From positions 18,485 to 82,484 of the forward strand of contig CAWJHE010000009.1 of the NCBI GenBank assembly GCA_963842455.1: a stretch of 64,000 bases of DNA, written 5' to 3'. A program made the position numbers and the translations under genes. The notes beneath the pieces were generated by a model that worked only from the letters and a program-made list of their open reading frames with translations, was not told the DNA's origin and searched no databases. Shown here piece by piece: positions 28,643-39,634 of this stretch (positions are counted from its first letter, which is position 1; each line of letters begins with the position of its first letter). This DNA comes from an uncultured Chloroflexia bacterium. Its GTDB lineage: Bacteria; Chloroflexota; Anaerolineae; Anaerolineales; UBA4823.

Positions 28643-29515
28643 ATGAATAAAATAAAATTGACCTATCAAGTATCATTTCTAATCCAGGTAATTCTTTGCC
28701 TGAGCATAGTTGGCTGCCAGGGAAACCCCACCGCCACTCTTCCACATCCTACACAACTGGCAACCACGCCTCTGCCTGAAAACAGCCAGCTGGGCGGGCT
28801 TGAAGGTATCTTTATCTCCGCTGTCTCAACTGCTGGAGCTCAACCAGAGCGCTGCTACAAACTGTATCGCTTTTATCAGGATGGGCTTGTCATTTACGCA
28901 GAATTCGTATGTCTGGAACCCTCATCAAATTCCAAAACCTGGGTTGATATTGATCGTTGGTTCAATCGAGAAAACCCACAAGTTTTACGTGGTGATTACT
29001 ACATGATCGAACAGCACATCTGGATCCGGGTTGTGGGTTACGATCCTGTCCATGAGAAAACATACTTACGAAGTTTTCAAGGAGCCCATTGTAATGGACA
29101 GATGGTGGTCCAAGAACCCACTGAAGCGTATTTCTCCGGTGTTCCCTCCGAGCTAACTCAGCCAGTTTTGGAATACATAAAATTACAGGAGCCCGCCTCT
29201 TCCCAGACCCCTCCCGATAACTCAGAAAGCGCTTCCTGCCGCCTGGCAGGCTTTCGTTTCATCTCACGCCCCACAACTGTGGTAGATAGTGGCCAGGCGT
29301 TATTCCAGGTGCAAACAAGTCCAGGTCAGGCTTGCACCCTGCAGTACACGACCCCAGGCGGCGTTCTCAGCCAGGCCCCGGGTACAGGTACTATCACCGC
29401 AGATCCAAGTGGCATATGCAAGTGGAAATGGGAGGTTGGATCTGAAGAAGGAATAGCAATGGTGAAGATAACCATTGAGTACATATCCCAAGATCTGGTA
29501 CTAGACATAAGATAA
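28643..29515 (+). CDS. Putative secreted lipoprotein, function unknown
   Basis: MNKIKLTYQVSFLIQVILCLSIVGC has a signal peptide and a lipobox cysteine. The rest has no recognisable family. The ORF-track start (TTG 28616) is less likely. Confidence 0.6.
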   Translation: MNKIKLTYQVSFLIQVILCLSIVGCQGNPTATLPHPTQLATTPLPENSQLGGLEGIFISAVSTAGAQPERCYKLYRFYQDGLVIYAEFVCLEPSSNSKTWVDIDRWFNRENPQVLRGDYYMIEQHIWIRVVGYDPVHEKTYLRSFQGAHCNGQMVVQEPTEAYFSGVPSELTQPVLEYIKLQEPASSQTPPDNSESASCRLAGFRFISRPTTVVDSGQALFQVQTSPGQACTLQYTTPGGVLSQAPGTGTITADPSGICKWKWEVGSEEGIAMVKITIEYISQDLVLDIR

Positions 29516-29588
29516 TTCCCTTAGAACCCCTAAATCTCTCTTAATGATCTCATACAAGAAAGTGTATTGACATACTGCACAGAGTACC

Positions 29589-29771
29589 TTGATTGAACTT
29601 TGCGGCGCAGCGTTTGCAGCAGACGGATATAGCATCGTCATAGGAGCACATCCACAATGGACAGAGGATCTGGACCGTTGGGGCTACCAATCTTCAACCA
29701 TTGAGCTGATGAAAAGACTGAAAGCCCGCTGGGATCCAATGGGGATCCTGAATCCAGGGATGTTTTGTTAA
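29589..29771 (+). pseudogene. C-terminal fragment of a GlcE-like FAD-linked oxidase
   Basis: ...DLDRWGYQSSTIELMKRLKARWDPMGILNPGMF matches the extreme C-terminus of FAD-binding oxidases (the DVWG...LMRRIK..FDP.G.LNPG.F pattern). No FAD-binding domain lies upstream. Only about 60 codons remain. Confidence 0.5.
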
Positions 29772-29868
29772 TAAACAAGAACGGACAAAAATATTCACCA
29801 AGGATCCCCGGAGGCTCTAAACGCCATAACCACCTGGGCAGGCAATCCATTAACTTGCCATAACGACC

Positions 29869-29904
29869 AAACCCTAAAGGATTTCGAAATCCTTTAGGGT
29901 TTTT
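29869..29904. terminator. Perfect 34-nt palindrome plus T-run, a likely bidirectional rho-independent terminator
   Basis: AAACCCTAAAGGATTTCGAAATCCTTTAGGGTTT (29869-29902) is its own reverse complement. It runs into TTTTT on the plus strand and lies about 80 nt downstream of the minus-strand tal stop. Confidence 0.7.
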
Positions 29905-29982
29905 AAATTCAGGTCGAATAGTTTACGTTTAGTCCCAAGCAGCCAGAAAGCTTACTGAGCGTCAAAATGATGCAAACGATCG

Positions 29983-31077
29983 TCAATTACCTGCAGCAAT
30001 TCTGTGAAAGAACTCCGAGAACGCTTTCACACCCTCTGTCTCAAGCTCTTCTGTAACAACCTGCATGGATATACCCAGTGCATCCAGGTCATCCATCACC
30101 TTTTGGGCTGCATCCAAATCCTCTTCCAGGCTGGGACGAACCTGTCCATGCTCCAGAAAAGCTGTCAAAGTCTGAGGCGGGACTGTGTTGACAGTTTGCG
30201 GTCCAATCAATTCCTCCACATACATCACATCCCGGTAAGCAGGATTCTTGGTGCTGGTTGATGCCCACAAGGGACGCTGCACATGCGCTCCCCTGCTTGC
30301 AAGATTTTGGAAACGTTCTTCCGAAAAGACCTGTTTAAAATCTGCATAAGCCAATCGGGCATTGGCAATGGCTGCCTTTCCCAAAAGAGAGCTGGCTTTC
30401 TCAGCTTTTGCACCACCGGCTTGAATCATAGTCTGCAAGCGCTTATCCACTTTGCTATCCACGCGTGAGACAAAAAATGAAGCTACGGAGGCAATTGAAT
30501 TCGAGCGCCTGACCTTCGGCAGCCCTCTTCTCTAAACCCTTCAGATAAGCATCCATAACTTCCAGATAACGCTGGCGAGCAAAGATCAAGGTCACATTGA
30601 CGTTGATGCCTGCAGCAATCGCTTCCGTGATTGCCGGCAAACCTTCTCTGGTAGCGGGAATCTTGATCATCAGGTTCGGGCGGTTTACCTTATGCCACAA
30701 ATCTTTTGCCTGCTTCAACGTTCTCTCGGTATCTTGAGCCAGGTAAGGGCTGACTTCCAGGCTGACATATCCATCCCCGCCTGAACTTTCCTGGTACAGT
30801 GGGATGAAAAAATCCGTCGCAGATTGAATATCTTCAATTGCCAGGCGAAAGAAGACTGCTTCATGCTCAAATCCAAACCAGCCAGAGGCTTCAGGCTATC
30901 ATCATAATCCTGCGACTTACCAATGGCATTCATAAAAATGGTCGGGTTCGATGTGACGCCCCTTATTTCACCGCGCTGGATCATGCCCGCCATTTCACCA
31001 TTCTTCAACAGGTTTCGCTGGATATTATCGTACCAGACCGATTGGCCTGCTTCAAAGAGTTTCAAGGCTGCATTCAT
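29983..31077 (-). CDS. tal: Transaldolase, two frame breaks as sequenced (about 30880 and about 30497)
   Basis: Three consecutive pieces read as [38 protein letters not shown] / WFGFEHEAVFFRLAIEDIQSATDFFIPLYQESSGGDGYVSLEVSPYLA..IKIPATREGLPAITEAIAAGINVNVTLIF / IASVASFFVSRVDSKVDKRL...RPLWASTSTKNP. All are transaldolase signatures. Confidence 0.85.
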
Positions 31078-33098
31078 CCAACACCATCCCGACCGAGCAA
31101 ATCCAATGCCAGCTGTTCAACTTTATCAACCGTAAAGCCCAAATTTTTGAAAACCTCGCCGCCTGGTGCAGAGGCGCCATAGCGATCCAGACCAAGAATC
31201 TTTCCCTTGCTTCCGACCCAGCGTTGCCAGCCCATGGAGACACCAGCCTCGACCGCCAGGCGTAATTCGATATCGGGTGCAAGAACAGAATTGCAATATT
31301 CCTGTTCCTGTTCAGCAAACAGCTCCCAGCTCGGGAAAGAGACCAGGCGAACCGTTACGCCAGCTTCCGACAAACGTTTGCCTGCCTCGACAATCAAGCT
31401 CACTTCCGATCCGCTTGCCATCAGAATGATCTGCGGTTTGCCCTGCCCCAGATCTGCCAGCACATAAGCGCCCTTGCGTAAACCTGCGGCAGGGGCATAC
31501 ACAGTCTGCGATCCAGAGTAGGCAGATTTTGACGGGTTAAGATCAACGCTGTAGGGCGATGCCGGTTTTCAATAGCAACCTTCCAGGCCTCGCGGACTTC
31601 ATTGGCGTCAGCAGGTCGTAAGGTAAGCAGATTCGGAATAGCGCGCAGGGCAGCCAGTTGTTCCACCGGCTGGTGCGTAGGGCCATCCTCGCCGACGCCA
31701 ATACTATCATGCGTAAAAACCCAGATGGAACCCAGGTGTGAAAGCGCCGACAGTCGAATAGCCGGGCGCATATAATCCGAGAAGACCATAAAGGTTGCGC
31801 CAAACGGAATGATCGCCCCGTTGTACGCCATGCCATTGACGATCGCGCCCATGGCATGCTCTCGCACACCAAAGTGAACATTGCGGCCTTCACGGTGTTC
31901 TGCAGAAAAGGCAACCGTCTGATTCATCCAGGTATTCGTCGAGGGAGCCAGATCCGCAGACCCGCCAAACAGCTCCGGCAATTTTTCCGACAGGCTATTG
32001 AGCACTTTTCCAGAAGCTGAACGGCTGGCCATACCTTTCGGATCAGCAGGGAACTCAGGCAAGTCATCCGCCCAGTTTTCCGGCAATTTGCCTGCCAGGC
32101 GCTTTTCCAGTTCATCTGCCAGGTCAGGATAAGCCTGGCGATAAGCGCTTAAGCGTTCCTGCCAGTCTGCTTCCTGCTCAGCGCCTTTTACAATAGCCTG
32201 GCGGAAGAAACTCATCACTTCGTCCGGAATATAAAAAAGCGGTTCTTTCGGCCAGCCCAGGGCATCCTTGGCGCCATCCAGTTCTTCTTGACCCTGGCGG
32301 CTCGCCGTGCGCCTTGGCCGTACCCGCTCTCGTCGGCAGACCATAACCAATTGTTGTGCGCACCATGATCAGGGATGGTCGCGGATCCAGTTTGGCTTTC
32401 TGGATTGCCTGGTCAATCGCATCCACATCCAGCCCATCCTGCACCCTTATTACCTGCCAACCATAAGCCTCGAAGCGTTTGCCGCGGTCTTCGGTGAATG
32501 CTAGATCAGTGGAGCCCTCGATGGATATATGATTATCGTCATACAGGTAAATCAGCTTACCTAATTGCAGATGTCCAGCCAGGGAAGCAGCCTCCGAAGT
32601 CACGCCTTCCATCAAATCGCCGTCGGTGACAATCGCATAAATAAAATGATCGATCATCACATGCCCTGGTCGATTATAGATCGTAGCCAGGTGCGCTTCT
32701 GCCATCGCCATCCCTACGCCGTTGGCAAAGCCCTGTCCCAGGGGACCTGTGGTTGTCTCCACACCGGGAGTTACCCCATATTCTGGATGACCCGGCGTCA
32801 AGCTCTCCCACTGACGAAAGCGTTTAAGCTCCGCCAGGGACAAATCATAGCCGGTTAAGTGCAACAAAGAATAAAGCAGCATGGAGCCATGCCCGCCGGA
32901 TAGAATAAAGCGGTCGCGATCAGGCCATTTTGGATTAGCAGGATTGTGGCGTAAATGCCGAGTCCAGATGGCATAAGCCAAAGTTGCCGCGCCCATTGGC
33001 AATCCCGGATGACCCGATTTCGCATTTTGCACAGCATCAGCCGATAGGAATCGGATTGTGTTCACAGCCAGGTTCTGCAGATTTGGTTCTATTTTCAT
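31074..33098 (-). CDS. tkt: Transketolase, two frame breaks as sequenced (about 32292-32294 and about 31506)
   Basis: The motifs are [27 protein letters not shown] and ...GDLMEGV (TPP binding). [13 protein letters not shown] is restored by removing one base from a CCC/GGG run. [15 protein letters not shown] is present, followed by the C-terminal domain. AAGGAG precedes ATG 33098, and the stop overlaps the tal start (ATGA). Confidence 0.85.
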
Positions 33099-33120
33099 AA
33101 AAACTCCTTAGTGTCAAAGA

Positions 33121-36030
33121 TTAAGCGGTCGAACCTTCGCGTAAACGAAGATAATATTTGGTCAATTCTTCTGCCGTAGCCGGGATCAAAGCCAGACCTA
33201 ATACAACCAGCCATTCTGTCAGGCTCAGGAAATGGGTGTTAAAGATCGGCTGTAAGAAGGGCACATTGATCACCAGTAATAATAAAATCACCGAAAGTGA
33301 AACGGCATACTGCATATAACGATTGGAAAAGACACCCAGTCTAAAGATTGAGGCTCTCTCAGACCGGACCGTGTAGGCGCGGAATAGCTCACAAAAAGAT
33401 AGGGTGACAAAGGCCATGGTCTCAGCCGTCTGGACGTCTACCCCGCGATAATCATATCGCAGCAAAAATGCTAACACATTTTCTCCGGCAGGTACCTGGC
33501 TGCCCAGATGCCAGTACAAACCCAGCAAGAAGGCCCCCAGGGTTGCTCCAGTTTGGGCAATGGTTTGGATAAAAATTCCCAGTCGCATAGAGCTGTTAAT
33601 AATTGACTCGTGTTTGGGTCGTGGATGGCGCTCCATCACATCCGGATCGCCCTTTTCCATAGCCAGCGCCAGGGCTGGCGCGCCATCTGTGAGCAAATTC
33701 AACCATAACAATTGAATAGCTGTCAAAGGCATAGGCAAACCAGCGATAGTGGCCAGGAAGATGATCATGATCTCCGCCACATTCGAAGAAAGCAGGAAAA
33801 ATACAAACTTGCGGATATTGGCATAAATAACCCGACCCTGCTCAATAGCAGCCACAATACTGGCATAATTATCATCGGTGAGCACCATATCTGCCGTCTC
33901 TTTGGCGACATCCGTACCGGTGATCCCCATTGCGACGCCAATATCGGCCCGCTTAATGGCAGGCGCATCATTCACCCCATCCCCCGTCATGGCAACCACT
34001 TCATTATTCATGCGCAGTGCATCCACAATACGCATTTTATGTTCCGGCGAGACCCGGGCAAATACATCCGTGACTTTGACTTCCTGCGCCAGGGTTTCAT
34101 CATCCATCTCATTCAAATCCGCGCCAGTCAAGACTTTATGATCTGGCTGCAGCAATGTGATGCTCTCGGCGATGGCACGCGCTGTGTTGGGGTAATCACC
34201 GGTGATCATAATCGTACGGATACCTGCTTGGCGAGCTTTTTCGAGTGCAGGTTTCACCTCAGTTCGAGCCGGATCAATCATACCCACCAGGCCCACAAAA
34301 ACCAGGTCGGTCTCAACATCCTCGCTTTTCAACTCGCCCGGCACTTGGGGAACAATGTTGTAAGCCAGACCCAATACGCGTAATGCATCCCTGGTCATCG
34401 AATCGTTGGCAGCCAGAATATCCCGCCGCATGGTTTCATCCAATACGCTGATGGTATCGTCAGCTTTTTGGTAATGGGTACACAAACGTAAAACGACATC
34501 AGGTGCGCCTTTTACAGCAACCGCCTTCCAATGCAAGCGCGTCTCATCATGGAATGGCGAGCTGTCAACATCTTTTGGAGACATGACATCATGGATAGTG
34601 ACCATGCGCTTGCGTCCCGAATCAAAGGGGATTTCCTGCTCCCGAGGGTATGCGTCCACCAGGGCATCCTGGAAGATACCGGCTTTGGCTGCCGCCACCA
34701 GGATGGAACCTTCGGTCGGATCGCCAATTATCCTGAATGCCGACCTGCCGTTTGTCTCAGCCCTTTCCAGCATGGCATCATTATTCAGCACCCCAACCCA
34801 CAAGGCGGTAGTCAAACCTGGGTTTGCTGAAAAATCAGCCGGCTTGCCATCCAGCTCAAAACGACCTTCAGCCTCATAGCCATTGCCGGATATGCTGACC
34901 AACCGGTTGTCCACCCAGAGCCGGGTGACGGTCATCACGTTCTGCGTTAGCGTGCCTGTTTTATCGGAACAAATCACGGTAGCTGAGCCAAGCGTTTCGA
35001 CAGAGGCCAACCGGCGGATCAGTGCGTGTCGGCGAACCATCTCGCGCATCCCCAAAGCCAGGCTGATGGTCACCACAGCTGGCAGACCTTCAGGGACAGC
35101 CGCTATTGCCAGGCTGACCGCAACCATGAAGGATTCAACCAGAGCATTGCGCGTTTCCAAGGTAAAACCCTGGGTAAACACATCTGTGCGTAAAATTCCC
35201 AGCAAGAAAATCACGCCACAAATCGCTAAAGCGCCCCAACCCAGTATCTTTCCCAGTTGGTCCAATCGCTTCTGCAGAGGTGTCTCTTCTGATTCGACCT
35301 GCTGCAGCATATCCGCAATCAACCCCAGTTGGGTGTACATACCCGTCGAGACCACCACGCCGCGCCCTCGCCCGTAGGATATAACCGTGCCTAAAAAGGC
35401 TGTATTCTTGCGATCGCCCAGGGTGGCATCCTGGTCTAAAATCAAGGTAGCATTCTTCTGCACCGGCACAGATTCACCCGTCAGAGCAGCCTCTTCCACG
35501 CGCAAATTTACCGCCTCAACCAGGCGCAAATCAGCCGGCACAAAATTACCTGCCTCCAGGAAAACCACATCGCCCGGCACCAGCTCACTGGCCGGCACAG
35601 ATTTTCGAGAGCCATCGCGCAGCACCTGGGCTTCGGGAGAGGCAAGTTTCTTCAAAGCAGCCAGGGCTTCTTCTGCCCGGCTTTCTTGTACAACGCCCAA
35701 AATAGCATTCAGGATAACAATCAACAGAATTGCCCCGGCTTCTACCCAATCTCCAAGCAAGGCGGAAATCACGGAAGCGACAATCAGCAAAATGACAATA
35801 AAGTTATTGAGCTGAGCGATAACCAGCTGCAAGAATGTGGGGCGTGGTTTTTCTCGCAGCTCGTTGCGCCCATAAGTTTCCAGTCGCTGTTGAACTTCCG
35901 TCGTGGTCAGACCTGCTTGTTGATGCGTGCCTAATTTCGAGAGCACATCTTCCAGCCCCATCGAATGCCAGGTCATCCTCAAGTCAGGCTTTACCAAATC
36001 AGGTTTGCGATCATTTTGTTCATTGTTCAT
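33121..36030 (-). CDS. P-type cation-transporting ATPase (type II, Ca2+/cation pump-like)
   Basis: The motifs are TGES, the phosphorylation site ICSDKTGTLTQN, MITGDYPNTA and MTGDGVNDAPAIKRADIGVAMG, with 10 predicted TM helices in 969 aa. It ends 22 nt before the tkt start on the same strand. Confidence 0.85.
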   Translation of the reverse strand: MNNEQNDRKPDLVKPDLRMTWHSMGLEDVLSKLGTHQQAGLTTTEVQQRLETYGRNELREKPRPTFLQLVIAQLNNFIVILLIVASVISALLGDWVEAGAILLIVILNAILGVVQESRAEEALAALKKLASPEAQVLRDGSRKSVPASELVPGDVVFLEAGNFVPADLRLVEAVNLRVEEAALTGESVPVQKNATLILDQDATLGDRKNTAFLGTVISYGRGRGVVVSTGMYTQLGLIADMLQQVESEETPLQKRLDQLGKILGWGALAICGVIFLLGILRTDVFTQGFTLETRNALVESFMVAVSLAIAAVPEGLPAVVTISLALGMREMVRRHALIRRLASVETLGSATVICSDKTGTLTQNVMTVTRLWVDNRLVSISGNGYEAEGRFELDGKPADFSANPGLTTALWVGVLNNDAMLERAETNGRSAFRIIGDPTEGSILVAAAKAGIFQDALVDAYPREQEIPFDSGRKRMVTIHDVMSPKDVDSSPFHDETRLHWKAVAVKGAPDVVLRLCTHYQKADDTISVLDETMRRDILAANDSMTRDALRVLGLAYNIVPQVPGELKSEDVETDLVFVGLVGMIDPARTEVKPALEKARQAGIRTIMITGDYPNTARAIAESITLLQPDHKVLTGADLNEMDDETLAQEVKVTDVFARVSPEHKMRIVDALRMNNEVVAMTGDGVNDAPAIKRADIGVAMGITGTDVAKETADMVLTDDNYASIVAAIEQGRVIYANIRKFVFFLLSSNVAEIMIIFLATIAGLPMPLTAIQLLWLNLLTDGAPALALAMEKGDPDVMERHPRPKHESIINSSMRLGIFIQTIAQTGATLGAFLLGLYWHLGSQVPAGENVLAFLLRYDYRGVDVQTAETMAFVTLSFCELFRAYTVRSERASIFRLGVFSNRYMQYAVSLSVILLLLVINVPFLQPIFNTHFLSLTEWLVVLGLALIPATAEELTKYYLRLREGSTA

Positions 36031-36276
36031 TTGGTTTTGTTCTCCCTTTTTTGTTTTGGGATTTTTTGATTTAAAATTTATGCAAACTACTTAGTCATTC
36101 TACAAAGCTCGAGACACATTTCAGGCTGTAGGAAAGCCTCCTAACTTAGTTTCTCAGCAGCTATCCATTTCTTCAACACAAATTGTATCAGCATTCATTC
36201 GCCATGCTCCAGCAAAAAATGATACACTTAGAATTAACTTTCACAATATTTTCCTAATGATCCATCGAGGTGTCCT

Positions 36277-37927
36277 ATGAGCGTTCATGAACTTGCAGGG
36301 AAACCGGCGCCCCACGATAAACTCATTCAAATTCCACGCTTAATCTCAGCTTATTACACCCTGAAACCCGAACCGGATACACTCTCTCATCAGGTATCTT
36401 TTGGCACATCCGGACATCGAGGCTCTTCCATCCAACACAGTTTCAATGAAGCCCACATTCTTTCCATCAGCCAGGCAATTTGCGAATATCGTGCAACCCA
36501 GCATTACACCGGACCGCTCTTTCTAGGCATGGATACGCATGCCTTATCCGAGCCAGCTCTGTACACCGCTATTGAAGTCCTGGCAGCCCACGGCGTCGAG
36601 ATTGTCATCCAGCAAGGCTTTGGATATACGCCTACACCGGTTATCTCGCATGCCATCCTATCCTACAACCAAAAGCGAACCAATGGATTGGCTGATGGCA
36701 TTGTAATCACCCCATCGCACAACCCGCCTCAGGACGGCGGCTTTAAGTATAACCCACCTAATGGCGGACCAGCTGACACCCAGGTGACCCGCTGGATACA
36801 GGACCGGGCTAATCAGATCTTGAAAAACAATCTCAAAGAAGTCAAACGCATCCATCTGGAAAAAGCCCTCCAGGCGCCTACGACCAGGCAGTACGATTAC
36901 ATCACGCCTTATGTAAAAGACCTCGGTAGCGTGATCAACCTGCCGGCTATCGCAGCCGCCGGATTGAAAATCGGGGTCGACCCGATGGGCGGCTCCGGCA
37001 TTGCCTATTGGGAGCCGATTGCCAACCAATATGGCCTGCAAATTGAAGTCGTAAATCCCCACATTGACCCCACTTTCTCTTTCATGACCCTGGATCATGA
37101 CGGCAAAATCCGCATGGATTGTTCCTCGCCCTATGCCATGGCCAGCCTGGTTAAGCTCAAAGACCAGTTTGATATTGCCTTTGGCAACGACACGGATTAC
37201 GACCGCCATGGTATTGTCACCCGCAGCGTTGGCCTGATGAATCCCAATCATTACCTGGCGACCGCCATCTGGTACCTGTTCCAAAACCGCCCGGGTTGGG
37301 GAAATCAGGTCAGCGATTGGGAAAACCCTGGTATCCAGCTCGATGATCGATCGGGTGGCTGCTCACCTCAGGCGGCAAGTTAATGAAACTCCTGTTGGCT
37401 TCAAATGGTTCGTCGATGGGCTGCTGGACGGCTCTTTCGGCTTTGGCGGAGAAGAGAGCGCCGGCGCTTCCTTCTTGCGCCAGGATGGAAAGGTCTGGAC
37501 CACCGATAAAGATGGCTTTATCTTGGATCTGCTGGCTGCCGAAATCCTGGCGACCACCGGGCGCGACCCCGGAGAGCACTACCAATCTCTGGAAGCCCAG
37601 TTCGGAAAAGCCTGGTACGCCCGCAAAGACGCCCCAGCTGATCCTGCTCAAAAAGCAACCCTGTCCAACCTGTCGCCAGAGCAGGTCCAGGCAGATGAAT
37701 TGGCTGGAGAGAAGATCATCGCCAAGCTGACCCGTGCCCCCTACAACCAGGCTCCTATCGGCGGCTTAAAAGTCGTCACCCAAAACGGATGGTTCGCCGC
37801 ACGCCCATCCGGCACGGAGAATGTGTATAAAATTTACGCCGAGAGCTTTATCAGCGAAGTCCATCTGACCAGAATACAGGAAGAAGCCCAGGCGCTGGTC
37901 GACTCGGTTTTCAAATCGCAAACCTAA
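36277..37927 (+). CDS. pgm: Phosphoglucomutase (alpha-D-glucose phosphate-specific), frameshifted as sequenced near 37312
   Basis: The active-site region is [10 protein letters not shown], with [19 protein letters not shown] and GVDPMGG. After ...RPGWGNQV the expected continuation [32 protein letters not shown] is in the +1 frame. [10 protein letters not shown] follows. Confidence 0.85.
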
Positions 37928-37981
37928 ACCAGGAAACTGGCAATCTTGTTCTATAAGATATCACCATACCAGGAGGCTCTT

Positions 37982-39634
37982 ATGCCACATCTAACAGAAC
38001 TCTACGCCTGGCAGGCATTAACTCATCACCATCAGGATATTGCTGGTCTTCACATGCGCCGCCTGTTTTCACAGGACCCGCAGCGCTTCGAACGCTTTTC
38101 CCTGCAACTGGGCGATATTTTGTTCGATTTTTCCAAAAACCGCATCACCGAAAAGACCATCGCTTTACTATGCAATCTGGCTCGCCAGGCCGAATTGCCG
38201 CAGTCTATCGAAGCCATGTTCAGCGGGCAAAAAATCAACTATACAGAGAACCGGGCTGTGCTGCACACTGCCCTGCGCAATCGCGCCAACCAGCCCATCC
38301 ATGTAGATGGACAGGATGTGATGCCAGAGGTCAACCGTGTGCTGGACAAGATGCGCACATTCTGCCAGCTCGTCCGCTCAGGTGAATGGAAAGGATATAC
38401 CGGCAAAGGGATCACCGATATCGTGAACATCGGCATTGGCGGCTCAGACCTGGGTCCTAAAATGGTCTGCGAAGCATTGAAAGCTTACGCCCGAGGAGAT
38501 TTACGCGTTCACTTTGTCTCGAATGTCGATAGCACTGACCTGGTGGAGACTTTGAAACACATCCATCCGGAAACCAGCCTGTTCCTGATTGCTTCCAAGA
38601 CCTTCACCACGCAGGAAACCATGATGAACGCCCATTCAGCGCGTGAATGGTTCCTGAATAGCGCTCAAAGCGAGGCAGCCATCGCCAGGCATTTTGTCGC
38701 CATATCCACCAACACCCAGGCGGTCAGCCAGTTTGGCATTGACAGCCACAATATGTTCGAATTTTGGGACTGGGTCGGCGGGCGCTATTCCTTATGGTCT
38801 GCAATCGGTCTTTCGATCGCCCTTTACCTGGGCATGGAACGATTTGAAGAACTCCTGGAAGGCGCTCACCAGGCAGATCAACATTTCCGGCATACCCCTT
38901 TGGAGAAAAACATTCCAGTGATCATGGGTCTGTTGGGTATCTGGTATAACAACTTCTTCGGAGCTCACTCGCATGCCATCCTGCCTTACGACCAGTATCT
39001 GCTGCATTTCCCTGCCTATTTCCAGCAAGGCGATATGGAAAGCAACGGAAAAAGTGTCAACAGGCAGGGAGAATGGGTCGATTATCCGACCGGCCCAGTT
39101 ATCTGGGGACAGCCGGGCACCAATGGACAGCACGCCTTCTACCAGCTCATCCACCAGGGCACCCAACTGATCCCTTGCGATTTCCTGGCTGCCGCTCAAA
39201 GCCACAATCCGCTTGGCGATCATCATCCTGTTTTGCTTTCCAACTTTTTGGCTCAAACCGAAGCCCTGATGAAAGGAAAAACACCTTCAGAAGCAAGAGC
39301 TGAACTGGTTGCACAAGGGTACAGCGGTGACAAGCTAGAGACCCTGGCATCTGCCAAGACCTTCCCCGGCAACCGCCCAACCAATTCCTTTATCTACCCC
39401 AGGCTGACCCCGAGAATTTTAGGCAGCCTGATCGCATTATACGAGCACAAGATCTTTACCCAGGGCGTGATCTGGCAGATCAACTCCTTTGACCAGATGG
39501 GCGTGGAACTGGGCAAACAGCTGGCGAAAAAAATCTTACCCGAACTTGACAGTGAAGATCAGGTTTCCAGTCACGATTCATCCACCAACGGTCTAACGAA
39601 TATGCTAAAAGTCTGGCGAGGAGAGAAGCAATGA
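37982..39634 (+). CDS. pgi: Glucose-6-phosphate isomerase
   Basis: ATG 37982 is preceded by AGGAGG, and the ORF track begins 36 nt earlier. The motifs are [34 protein letters not shown] and QGDMESNGK. Confidence 0.9.
   Translation: MPHLTELYAWQALTHHHQDIAGLHMRRLFSQDPQRFERFSLQLGDILFDFSKNRITEKTIALLCNLARQAELPQSIEAMFSGQKINYTENRAVLHTALRNRANQPIHVDGQDVMPEVNRVLDKMRTFCQLVRSGEWKGYTGKGITDIVNIGIGGSDLGPKMVCEALKAYARGDLRVHFVSNVDSTDLVETLKHIHPETSLFLIASKTFTTQETMMNAHSAREWFLNSAQSEAAIARHFVAISTNTQAVSQFGIDSHNMFEFWDWVGGRYSLWSAIGLSIALYLGMERFEELLEGAHQADQHFRHTPLEKNIPVIMGLLGIWYNNFFGAHSHAILPYDQYLLHFPAYFQQGDMESNGKSVNRQGEWVDYPTGPVIWGQPGTNGQHAFYQLIHQGTQLIPCDFLAAAQSHNPLGDHHPVLLSNFLAQTEALMKGKTPSEARAELVAQGYSGDKLETLASAKTFPGNRPTNSFIYPRLTPRILGSLIALYEHKIFTQGVIWQINSFDQMGVELGKQLAKKILPELDSEDQVSSHDSSTNGLTNMLKVWRGEKQ

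Noticed and set aside
36085-36150. GTTAGGAGGCT...GAGCTTTGTAGAATGACTAAG on the minus strand upstream of the P-type ATPase, which resembles the ends of an M-box (Mg2+) riboswitch
   Set aside because: The candidate is only about 60 nt against roughly 160 nt for an M-box. The internal helices and conserved loops are missing. The resemblance is limited to a few bases.
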